This document shows positions 53,701-61,283 of a DNA stretch of 64,000 bases, piece by piece (the stretch's first letter is position 1; each line of letters begins with the position of its first letter). The notes below the pieces were generated by a model that worked only from the letters and a program-made list of their open reading frames with translations, had not been told where the DNA came from and ran no database searches. Source of the stretch: Tubiluchus corallicola (taxonomy: Eukaryota; Animalia; Priapulida); contig JAQGDQ010000216.1 in NCBI GenBank assembly GCA_030141605.1, positions 310,046 to 374,045 of the forward strand, in the 5' to 3' direction. The translations under genes were made by a program, and so were the position numbers.

Positions 53701-55976
53701 GTTACGCTACTGGTACTAGTATTATGGGAGGACGAACTCTTGGCGGTCTGGTGGGGGATAACAGAAGAGGCAGTATAACCAACTGTTACGCTACTGGTAC
53801 TACTAGTATTATGAGCATATCAGCTCTTGGCGGTCTGGTTGGGAAAAACAGTGGCAGTATAACCGATAGCTACGCTACTGGTAGTGTGTCTGGAGGAGAT
53901 AATTCTTATGCAAATGTCGGCGGCCTGGTGGGGGAAAACAGAGGCAGTATAACCGATAGCTACGCTACTGGCAGTGTGACGGATGGAAAGCACACTGGCG
54001 GCCTGGTGGGGTATAACAGTGGCAGTATAACCAACTGTTACGCTACTGGTACTAGTATTATGGGAGGACGAAGTAATGGCGGCCTGGTGGGGTATAATTA
54101 CGATGGCAGTATAACCGATAGCTACGCTACTGGCAGTGTGACGGGTGGAGTGATGAATGGCGGCCTGGTGGGAGAGCATCGGCAAGGCACTATAACCAAA
54201 AGCTACTGGGATAAGGGTAGTACAGGGCAAAGTGGTTCTTCTGGCGGCGGGGTTGGTATCACTTCCGGTATTAACCTGGAGAGGTATAACAGTAAGTACT
54301 ATGAGTTTGATGACGAAGTTTTCATCGACTGGGACTTTGTCTCCACCTGGAGATGGATAGGCAACAGTAATTGGCCTGTTCTCGATTGGCAGACTAATGA
54401 AATAACACCAATACAAAGTAAAGTAGCCAATATCTGGAGCTTTGTATTTGAGCATGGAAATAACCAAGGATTATCTGAAAATGTGGGTATCGGAAAGATT
54501 TCAGGGGTAAGTAGCTTTACTCTACTACTCCCTTATTCTTATGGGGTTGATCTCGCCTCATTAGTCCCCACAATAGGAATATCGGAGGGTGCCAGCATTA
54601 GTCCGGAAAGTGGTGTATCAGAGAACTTTTCCAGCACCGCAACCTACACGGTAACAGCGCCAGATGCTACCAAGGAATATTTTGTAACCGTAAAAAATCA
54701 GACTTCACCACCCACTTTCACTGTTTTGGGCTACTATGAAGAAGGTCGTATAGGGGCCGGAGATCTTGAAAAGCCGGATCTGTTTCAGGTAGGTGGTCTG
54801 CCAGATGGGAATTATGTGTATTCACTAGAGATAGCAGACAGAGATGCAGTGGATGGTATATTAGATGTAACAGGTGGTAATGCTGTAATGGGAGGCGATG
54901 TGCTGAGTGCTTCTGCCTGGAGTTCAATAGCAGATGGTACTGTTGGCATTAAGCTTACCATAGGAGGGGCTACTTATGAGTATAGTAATAGTACTATTAA
55001 AGAGCAGTACAGTATAAGAAGTTGGCAGGATCTTCAGGGGATGAAGTACGGTTTGTCAGGTGACTACACTTTGATGAATGATATAGAGCTGCCAGAACCC
55101 TCCCAAACAGGAGGCACTTTCCCGGAGGAGCTTCCTGCAGCAGGTTTTGACCCTGTGGGTGGTATCAGTAATAGATTTACAGGTTCATTTAGTTCAGCTA
55201 GTGGAGAGATATATGTAATAAGCAACCTATTTATAGATAGAGGAAATGATTACTATGTAGGGCTGTTTGGTTATGCAAACAATGCAACCATCGAGAATGT
55301 TGGAATAGAAATATCAGGAGGTGGTGTGAGTGGTATTGTATGTGTCGGCGGTTTGGTTGGGTATGCATTCAGAAGTAATGTAAGCAACAGTTATGCAACA
55401 GGTAGCGTGACCATCGGGAAGGGAGGATCCCAAGCCGGCGGTTTGGTTGGGAATACATTCGAAAGTACTGTAAGCAACAGTTATGCAACAGGTAGCGTGA
55501 CCGTCGGGGAGGGAGGATCCCAAGCCGGCGGTTTGGTTGGGTATGCATTCAGAAGTAATGTAAGCAACAGTTATGCAACAGGTAGCGTGACCGTCGGGGA
55601 GGGAGGATCCCAAGCCGGCGGCTTGATTGGGTATACTAGAAAGGCCAGCACTGTTACCAACTGTTATGCTGTGGGATCTGTTACGGGAGGTAGTGATAAT
55701 ATTGGTGGCTTGATTGGGTATAAAGATAGCACTGTTTCTGGCAGCTACTGGGATAAGGGCAGTACGGGGCAAACTATTTCTGATGGAGGGACGGGTGTCT
55801 CCTCGGGAGCTTACCTGGAGAAAGAAGGAGCTGTATATATAGATAAAGAAGCAGATGGCAATGGTACTACAAATGTTTTTGTAGATTGGTCTATTAGTGA
55901 CGATGACACTGAAACCTGGAAGTGGCGGGGTAATGGTCAATGGCCTGTTCTCACCTGGCCACCACCAGGCAACTAA
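50745..55976 (+). CDS. Large modular surface lipoprotein: eight ~95-aa Ig/DUF5018-like repeats and two GLUG-repeat domains
   Basis: Lipobox TLGC; repeats I..F.F...VPFGT.L..PTI.IS.GATI.P.SG...YTVTA; (V/A)GGLVG...SYATGSV GLUG repeats; TATCTTTG at 50660 supports the start at MKTFLK. Confidence 0.88.
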   Translation: MKTFLKALKSVTALLFLLFLAITLGCKKGDEKPPLSDENLITEFAFRKSVNGSLAVDVDAGVITGTEIELKVPFSTNLFLIPTIVVSDGATISPESGVGIIFEETNPTTYTVTAENGDEREYKVTVTKLPGSSANSITSYVFEADKNSDKGLTKDVKAEDVTGPDITLTVPFGTALELTPTIEISDGATINPASGVPVNFGLLNHLTYTVTAENGDEQDYKVTVTVAENTECEIKTFVFEEKNNENNLYVDVDAGVITGPDITLTVPFGTALELTPTIEISDGATINPASGVPVNFEETNPTTYTVTAENGDDKQYYTVTVEVAQNTECEIKTFVFEEKNNENNLYVDVDAGVITGTDIPLIVPFGTDLELTPTIGISDGATISPDSGESVDFSSSATQAVEYTVTSEDNTTTETYRVVVTVASETDKEITSFVFEADKNSDKGLTKDVVAEDVTGPDITLIVPYNTNVASLTPTITIKGKHITPKSGEAISFESFVTYTVTAGDDTTQDYKVTVNKEEASTASDILRFAFEVGDNKDKLTEDVVVENITSTDITLEVPYGTNLELIPRIEISEYASIDPESGVLNDFSNSESAPVEYEVTAQDDETTKVYEVTVKETPASDEKEITLFDFEVSDNPTYIEEKVEGDISPEDNTIRLKVPFGTDVHSLRPRIEISEYASISPESGVLNDFSNSESAPVEYEVTAQDETSQTYYVTVVIENIPRPTFTVLSYNNGANRIGAGDLEKPDLFQIGDLQDGSYDYSLKIDNKDAGGGTLSVLGGKASIGSTLLASDWNEIDDGNITIVLTLEGSTFSYNTTKEQYSVKSWQDLQGMKYGLSGDYTYTLMNDIELPDPSQTGGTFPEELPAAGFDPVGGGSNRFTGSFSSASGEIYVISNLFIDRGNDEYVGLFAYAFNATIENVGIEISDGGVTGHEYAGGLMGYNRSSTVNNITITGGSIKSTRTGSDGDDGCVGSLVGCNFEGSITNCYATGTSIMGGRTLGGLVGDNRRGSITNCYATGTTSIMSISALGGLVGKNSGSITDSYATGSVSGGDNSYANVGGLVGENRGSITDSYATGSVTDGKHTGGLVGYNSGSITNCYATGTSIMGGRSNGGLVGYNYDGSITDSYATGSVTGGVMNGGLVGEHRQGTITKSYWDKGSTGQSGSSGGGVGITSGINLERYNSKYYEFDDEVFIDWDFVSTWRWIGNSNWPVLDWQTNEITPIQSKVANIWSFVFEHGNNQGLSENVGIGKISGVSSFTLLLPYSYGVDLASLVPTIGISEGASISPESGVSENFSSTATYTVTAPDATKEYFVTVKNQTSPPTFTVLGYYEEGRIGAGDLEKPDLFQVGGLPDGNYVYSLEIADRDAVDGILDVTGGNAVMGGDVLSASAWSSIADGTVGIKLTIGGATYEYSNSTIKEQYSIRSWQDLQGMKYGLSGDYTLMNDIELPEPSQTGGTFPEELPAAGFDPVGGISNRFTGSFSSASGEIYVISNLFIDRGNDYYVGLFGYANNATIENVGIEISGGGVSGIVCVGGLVGYAFRSNVSNSYATGSVTIGKGGSQAGGLVGNTFESTVSNSYATGSVTVGEGGSQAGGLVGYAFRSNVSNSYATGSVTVGEGGSQAGGLIGYTRKASTVTNCYAVGSVTGGSDNIGGLIGYKDSTVSGSYWDKGSTGQTISDGGTGVSSGAYLEKEGAVYIDKEADGNGTTNVFVDWSISDDDTETWKWRGNGQWPVLTWPPPGN

Positions 55977-55999
55977 AAATAGGCAAGAGAATAATATTT

Positions 56000-56034
56000 A
56001 AACCCGTGCTTACTGCAAAAGCACGGGTTTTTTT
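56000..56034 (+). terminator. Intrinsic terminator
   Basis: Stem aaacccgtgctt / aagcacgggttt plus T-run, 24 bp after the stop. Confidence 0.85.
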
Positions 56035-56092
56035 ACGTTCTTTTGTTTTTGATAGAAAAGAATCAAAAAATCGAGCCTTTAAGGGCATTCCT
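56032..56092 (+). repeat. Dispersed hairpin repeat, left part of a copy interrupted by IS110
   Basis: tttacgttcttttgtttttgatagaaaagaatcaaaaaatcgagcctttaagggcattcct; remainder resumes at 56541-56571. Confidence 0.88.
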
Positions 56093-56538
56093 TTTACTTT
56101 TGTACCCAGACCATAAAGGTTACAAAATTGTAGTTTATACTAAATTTAGTGACCTTGAGAAATGAGATAAGGGCAGTCCAGCATTTTCCTGCTTTAGTAT
56201 CATCACGATTCAATCCAACATTAAAGGAAGACTATGAGCGAATAAAAGCTAATAAGTCAAGTAAAATGGTAGGTATTACAGCAGTTCAAAGAAAATTATT
56301 GCTTTTAACTTACACCCTTTGGAAAAACGACACAATATTTAACGCATATCGCTAATTATTTATTATTTAGAGGATATCACATGGGTTAAACTATGGAAAT
56401 GAAATAAAGATAGGCAATCTTTACGGATTGCCGCCTACACAGGATAGATATGTGACAAATATTTGCCTTTGATCTTCCTTCTTTATTTGCAAGATACTCA
56501 TATTTTTTCAATAGAATATTTGGATTTTAAAACAGTAC
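56093..56538 (+). mobile_element. Internally deleted (non-autonomous) IS110-family element
   Basis: Flanked by CT on both sides, no terminal IRs, carries the IS110 transposase C-terminus, splits a repeat unit. Confidence 0.78.
56167..56355 (+). pseudogene. IS110 transposase C-terminal fragment
   Basis: IRA..HFPALVSSRFNP.LK..YER......KM....AVQRKLL.L.YTLWKN. Confidence 0.85.
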
Positions 56539-56802
56539 CTTTTTTTGCTGTTCTCTAGTTTAAGAGTTTTTATATATTATTAATATTAAATAAGTTGAGC
56601 TTGATTTTAAGAGCGATTATTTTAAAAAAGCTGCATTGGTGTTTTATCAAGATAGTTTTTAAACCTCTCCAGTGATCCCGACTAAAATATTTCGCCTAGT
56701 AAAGTCCTCTCATTAGCAGGCTGCAGTATCGATTCAACGTAAATAATTTTATATCTTTGTATATTCTTGTAATATACTGCAAGAATTGATATACGTAGGG
56801 CA

Positions 56803-57687
56803 ATGGATACAAAATCGCTTGCAAATAAGAAAAATGACACTATTGTAATAGTGCTTGCAACAGTGTTGGTTTTGGTTATTGCATTATATGTTTGGCAGTA
56901 CTTTTCATATGGTACATCGATTCGGCAAATAAGAGAGGATAAAAGTGCTATTCAGGCTGAACTCGATGCTATGGTGCAAAGTTATGATTCTCTGGAGACG
57001 GAGAATGACACGTTAAACTATAATCTTGAACTTGCACAGAGTGAGGTAAGGGACCTTTTGCTGGAAGTAGAGCAGGTTAGGCGAGCCAGTTATGCACAGA
57101 TATCGAGGTATAAAAAGGAGGTGTCTACTCTGCGTGATATTATGCGTAATTATGTTGTACAGATAGATTCTCTAAATGAGCGCAACAAGTTGCTAATGGC
57201 TGAAAACTTACAGGTAAAAAAGGAGGTTTCAGTAGTAAAGGGTGTTAATGTGCAACTGGAGAAAGAGAAAAAGAAGCTGGAGCAAAAAGTTATGCTGGCA
57301 TCTCAGTTGGAGGCTATTAGCCTCTATGCGACAGGTATTAACAGAAAGGGTAATGATACTGGTAAAGCAAAAAAGATAGAAAAGATAAAAGTAGGCTTCA
57401 CCCTAAGTAAAAATGCTACAGCCCAGAGAGGGCCCAAATATTTGTATATACGCATACAGCATCCGGATGAGCGCCTGATGATAAAATCAGAAAAAGATGT
57501 TTTTAGGTATGATGGTGCCAATATACCATATTCGGCGAGAAGAGAGGTTGAGTATGAGGGGAATGAGCTTCCCGTAAATATTTTTTGGGATAATAAAGAT
57601 GAGCCGCTACTTACCAGAGGGGTATATAGAATAGATGTTTTTGCTGACGGAAATAATATTGGCACTACTACTTTTGAGGTGAAATAG
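56803..57687 (+). CDS. Membrane-anchored coiled-coil conserved hypothetical protein
   Basis: N-terminal TM, long coiled coil, C-terminal beta domain ending G.Y..DVFADG..IG..TF. Confidence 0.8.
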   Translation: MDTKSLANKKNDTIVIVLATVLVLVIALYVWQYFSYGTSIRQIREDKSAIQAELDAMVQSYDSLETENDTLNYNLELAQSEVRDLLLEVEQVRRASYAQISRYKKEVSTLRDIMRNYVVQIDSLNERNKLLMAENLQVKKEVSVVKGVNVQLEKEKKKLEQKVMLASQLEAISLYATGINRKGNDTGKAKKIEKIKVGFTLSKNATAQRGPKYLYIRIQHPDERLMIKSEKDVFRYDGANIPYSARREVEYEGNELPVNIFWDNKDEPLLTRGVYRIDVFADGNNIGTTTFEVK

Positions 57688-57954
57688 CTTTTTGTATCCC
57701 AGCATACTGGTTGAGGATCAGATGTATGAATAATTATTTTGAAGTCTTCTCACCCCCATCTTTTTTGCTAATGTTTTTGTTGAAATCTTCATTTAAGTCG
57801 GTAAGCTACGGTTTTTCTTTTACAGCCTGAGCCAAATTTTTTTACCTGGTAAAGCCCCACCAGAAGATTTTTCTTTCAAGCATATTTTTCACTATATTTG
57901 AGGGCGACAGCCACTATGCTGTTGTTTTTAAAAGTTTGTTTATCATTTTTTGTT

Positions 57955-59502
57955 ATGAGTAGGTTTTTGGTGCTGTGCGGAAAGAGGCGGTGGCTTATAT
58001 TCTTTTTTGGACTTTTTGCTGGTGCGTGTATTATGATATTTAGCAACAGAGTAGTTGAATATACATCAACAGACGAGTTTTGTGAGTCGTGTCATGTACA
58101 TCCACATGTTACATCTTCGTGGAAGCTATCTACTCATTATGATAATCGTAACGGGGTGCATGTGCATTGTGTGGAGTGTCATCTTCCTCCTCGAGGAGAA
58201 GGGTACCTGAAAGAGAAGATAAAGCTTGGGCTGAGAGATGTGTGGGGCATGCTTACTAAAGATAGTGTTGATTTTAACTGGGAGGCAAAGTCTACAGCTG
58301 AAGCTGCACAGCGATTCACTTTTAAAGAGTCCTGCATTAAATGTCACGCAAATCTTTTTCCCATCACTCTTTCGGACAAAGGCTCTGATGCTCATTTGTA
58401 TTATTCACAGAATGAGGATGATCTACATTGTATCAATTGCCATTTGGATGTGGGGCACCACAACCCCAATGCTGTTAGCAGTAATATCAATTTTGGTGTA
58501 GTGGGCGGGGAGGGTATAAAAAACTACACAGAGGCGACAGAGGTTAATATTTTTGAAGATTATACCGAAAAGATTCCTAATTCCACTGTGTCTTTTAATA
58601 TGAAGGCTATTCCCGGAGGAAGTTTTATTATGGGTAGTTCAGATAGTGATGTTTTTGCCAAAGATGACGAAAAGCCTGCGAGGAGAGTAACACTCAGCCC
58701 TTTTTTTATGGCTGAGGTAGAGGTTACATGGGATGAGTATCTGGCATTTTATCTTCAAACAGCTACAGAAGGGCGGTCAACCGATACCGAGGGAGTGAGA
58801 AGTGGAGGCGGCATAGATGGTATCACAGGAGCCACACCTCCGTATGGGCAACCTGACCAGAACTGGGGGCTGGGCAAGCGCCCCGCTATAACGATGAGTT
58901 TTCATGCTGCGGAGACATATTGCAAGTGGTTGTCATATATAACAGGAAAAACATATCGTTTGCCAACTGAGGCGGAGTGGGAGTATGCCGCACGTGGTGG
59001 AACAGAAGGGGCCTATTTTTTTGAAGGGAGTCCCAAGAGATATTCAGATACGAGGCTATGGGCAAAAATATTTGGGACAGACACGACTACTATAAATACT
59101 TATGTTATCTATAAGGAAAATTCCGGGGCAAAAACAGAGACTCCCGATAAAGTGGCTCCTAATCCACTGGGGTTAAAAAATATGCTTGGGAATGTTTCCG
59201 AGTTTTGTTCGGATTGGTATGATCCTGATGCTTATAGTAAATTGCAGGATGGAGTGGTTGATCCCGTAGGGCCTTTAAGTGGCAGTGAGCGTGTTATAAG
59301 GGGAGGGTCTTATAAAAGTGATGCAGCAGGCCTGCGTTGTTCTGGACGAGATCATTCACGAACGGAAGATTGGCTAAAGACCGATCCTCAGCTTCCCAAA
59401 AGTATTTGGTGGTACTCTGACTGTACTACTGTAGGGTTTCGAGTTGTGTGTGAGTTTGATGTAAATACCGGCAACAAACAAGCCGCTCTGTCGGATGAGT
59501 AG
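57955..59502 (+). CDS. NapC/NirT-type tetraheme cytochrome c fused to an FGE-sulfatase (SUMF1-like) domain
   Basis: TM then YTSTDEFCESCH, CVECH, CIKCH, CINCH; IPGGSF.MGS, YRLPTEAEWEYAARGG, GNVSEF, RVIRGGS, VGFRVV; TATATTTG at 57893 favours the ATG at 57955. Confidence 0.88.
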   Translation: MSRFLVLCGKRRWLIFFFGLFAGACIMIFSNRVVEYTSTDEFCESCHVHPHVTSSWKLSTHYDNRNGVHVHCVECHLPPRGEGYLKEKIKLGLRDVWGMLTKDSVDFNWEAKSTAEAAQRFTFKESCIKCHANLFPITLSDKGSDAHLYYSQNEDDLHCINCHLDVGHHNPNAVSSNINFGVVGGEGIKNYTEATEVNIFEDYTEKIPNSTVSFNMKAIPGGSFIMGSSDSDVFAKDDEKPARRVTLSPFFMAEVEVTWDEYLAFYLQTATEGRSTDTEGVRSGGGIDGITGATPPYGQPDQNWGLGKRPAITMSFHAAETYCKWLSYITGKTYRLPTEAEWEYAARGGTEGAYFFEGSPKRYSDTRLWAKIFGTDTTTINTYVIYKENSGAKTETPDKVAPNPLGLKNMLGNVSEFCSDWYDPDAYSKLQDGVVDPVGPLSGSERVIRGGSYKSDAAGLRCSGRDHSRTEDWLKTDPQLPKSIWWYSDCTTVGFRVVCEFDVNTGNKQAALSDE

Positions 59503-59564
59503 AGTATTATAATTGACTATAGGTTAGGTTTATAGCCTTAATTTAAACTAAATTGTAAAATAAA

Positions 59565-60902
59565 ATGGAAGATAAGAATTTTTCGAGAAGAAGATTTTTG
59601 GCCAATGCGGCAGCTATAAGCGCTGTGGGTGCTGTAGGCGTTGGTGCTCTTGCCTCGTGCAAGGAAAAGAAAGTGCCGTTAGGCGAAGCCAAAGTACCTC
59701 CATTACTTGACCAGGCTCCTGACGGAAAGCCTTTGAAAGCTGGAGTGATAGGCTGTGGAGGTCGTGGTAGTGGTGCAGCTATAAATTTTCTTAATGCAGG
59801 ACCAAACCTATCCGTTGTTGCTTTGGGCGATGTACTTAAGGATCGTGTAATGTCGTGTCGTGAAAAACTTATTAAGGAGAAAAACCATGAGGTAAGCGAA
59901 GCGAACTGTTTTGTGGGGTTTGATGCCTACCAAAAAGTTATTGATTCCGGGGTAGATGTTGTTATTATGGCGGCTCCTCCCAAGTTTCGTCCCAAGCATT
60001 TTGATGCGGCAGTACAGGCGCGCAAGCATGTATTTATGGAGAAACCTATTGCAGTAGATCCTGTAGGGGTGCGTGCTGTTATGGTATCCTCCAAGAAAGC
60101 TGATGCTGCCATGTTAAAAGTGATAACCGGAACTCAGCGTCGTCACCAGCGGGATTATGTTGATATTTACAAGAAGGTAATGGAGGGAGAGATAGGGGAT
60201 ATTGTTGCTGCTAATTGTTACTGGAATGGCAGTCAGCTATGGTATCGCAAGCCGAGGCCCGAGTGGAGTGAGATGGAGTATATGATTAGGGATTGGGTAA
60301 ACTGGACATGGTTGTCTGGCGACCATATAGTAGAGCAGCATATTCACAATATTGATGTGGTAAATTGGTTTAGTGGATCATACCCGAAAGAGGCTGTTGG
60401 GATGGGGTCGCGTCAACGTCGCGTAACAGGAGACCAGTTTGACAACTTCTCTATAGACTACAAATTTGATAACAATATGCATTTACACTCCATGTGTCGT
60501 CAGGTCAATGGATGTGTAAATAATGTATCAGAATATATTAGAGGGACGAAGGGTTACACCAATTGCCGCAACACGATATGGGACAAGAACGGGGCAGTTG
60601 TGTATGAGTATAAGTACCCTTTAAGTGATTCGGGTGAGCCCATGCGTAATGTCAAGGTAAGTCCTTATCTTCAGGAGCATATAGACCTTGTTACATGTAT
60701 TCGTCAGAATATAGAAGTAAATGAGGCTGAGGGTACAGCTATTTCTAATATGGTTGCTATTATGGGGCGCATATCTGCTTACACCGGTAGAAAGATTACA
60801 TGGGATCAGATGATGAACTCTGACCTGTTATTGGGCCCCAAAACCTACGTTATGGGGAAGGTTGGGATGAAGGCTGAGATTCCGGTTCCTGGTAAAGCTT
60901 AA
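59565..60902 (+). CDS. Tat-exported Gfo/Idh/MocA-family oxidoreductase
   Basis: SRRRFL twin-arginine signal with LASC lipobox, GVIGCGGRG, FMEKPIA, GDHIVEQHIHNID. Confidence 0.93.
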   Translation: MEDKNFSRRRFLANAAAISAVGAVGVGALASCKEKKVPLGEAKVPPLLDQAPDGKPLKAGVIGCGGRGSGAAINFLNAGPNLSVVALGDVLKDRVMSCREKLIKEKNHEVSEANCFVGFDAYQKVIDSGVDVVIMAAPPKFRPKHFDAAVQARKHVFMEKPIAVDPVGVRAVMVSSKKADAAMLKVITGTQRRHQRDYVDIYKKVMEGEIGDIVAANCYWNGSQLWYRKPRPEWSEMEYMIRDWVNWTWLSGDHIVEQHIHNIDVVNWFSGSYPKEAVGMGSRQRRVTGDQFDNFSIDYKFDNNMHLHSMCRQVNGCVNNVSEYIRGTKGYTNCRNTIWDKNGAVVYEYKYPLSDSGEPMRNVKVSPYLQEHIDLVTCIRQNIEVNEAEGTAISNMVAIMGRISAYTGRKITWDQMMNSDLLLGPKTYVMGKVGMKAEIPVPGKA

Positions 60903-61135
60903 TGCTTGTTGTTTTCATCTATTAGTGTTTACAGCCCCTGCTTTTTAAATAAGAGAGCGTTTTTTTATATAAAGTAAGATCAGAAACATATGGGATAAGG
61001 GCTGGATCAGCTTTGATAGAAGCATTTCGACATGTAAAAGAGCGTAATAATTCCTGCTGTTGTGCTCTATATGGAAAAAATATTTGTGCAGGTTGTGAGA
61101 CTAATCGTGATATGGGTGCATATTGATAACAGAAA

Positions 61136-61262
61136 GACACTGTTTCACAAAGTGTGCAAACTAAAAAAATACCGAGGGTTTGGCTATTTATAGCTGGACC
61201 CTTTTTTCAAATATAACTAAGAACTGGATTCAAGACAATGCCCCAGTTTATGAGATAGTGCT
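61136..61262 (-). mobile_element. 127-bp miniature derivative of the IS256 element
   Basis: About 113 bp matching 6265-6377 fused to the last ~19 bp of the other end through shared cagttt. Confidence 0.9.
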
Positions 61263-61283
61263 GTTTTAGTATTATTGCGCCTC

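Noticed and set aside
53200-55330. Diversity-generating retroelement template/variable repeat pair
   Set aside because: Differences between the duplicated blocks are not adenine-specific, both copies are coding, and there is no reverse transcriptase in the window
53820-55940. Long antisense ORFs 53820-54467 and 55314-55940, and similar shadow ORFs across the window
   Set aside because: They lie opposite well-supported genes and reflect codon bias and repeats
58600-59460. Formylglycine-generating enzyme maturing the sulfatase at 45718-47295
   Set aside because: The catalytic cysteine pair after RGGS is absent
60903-61135. Cys-rich reading (…NSCCCALYGKNICAGCE…) and ORF 60922-61140
   Set aside because: No start context or recognisable family, and it abuts an IS scar
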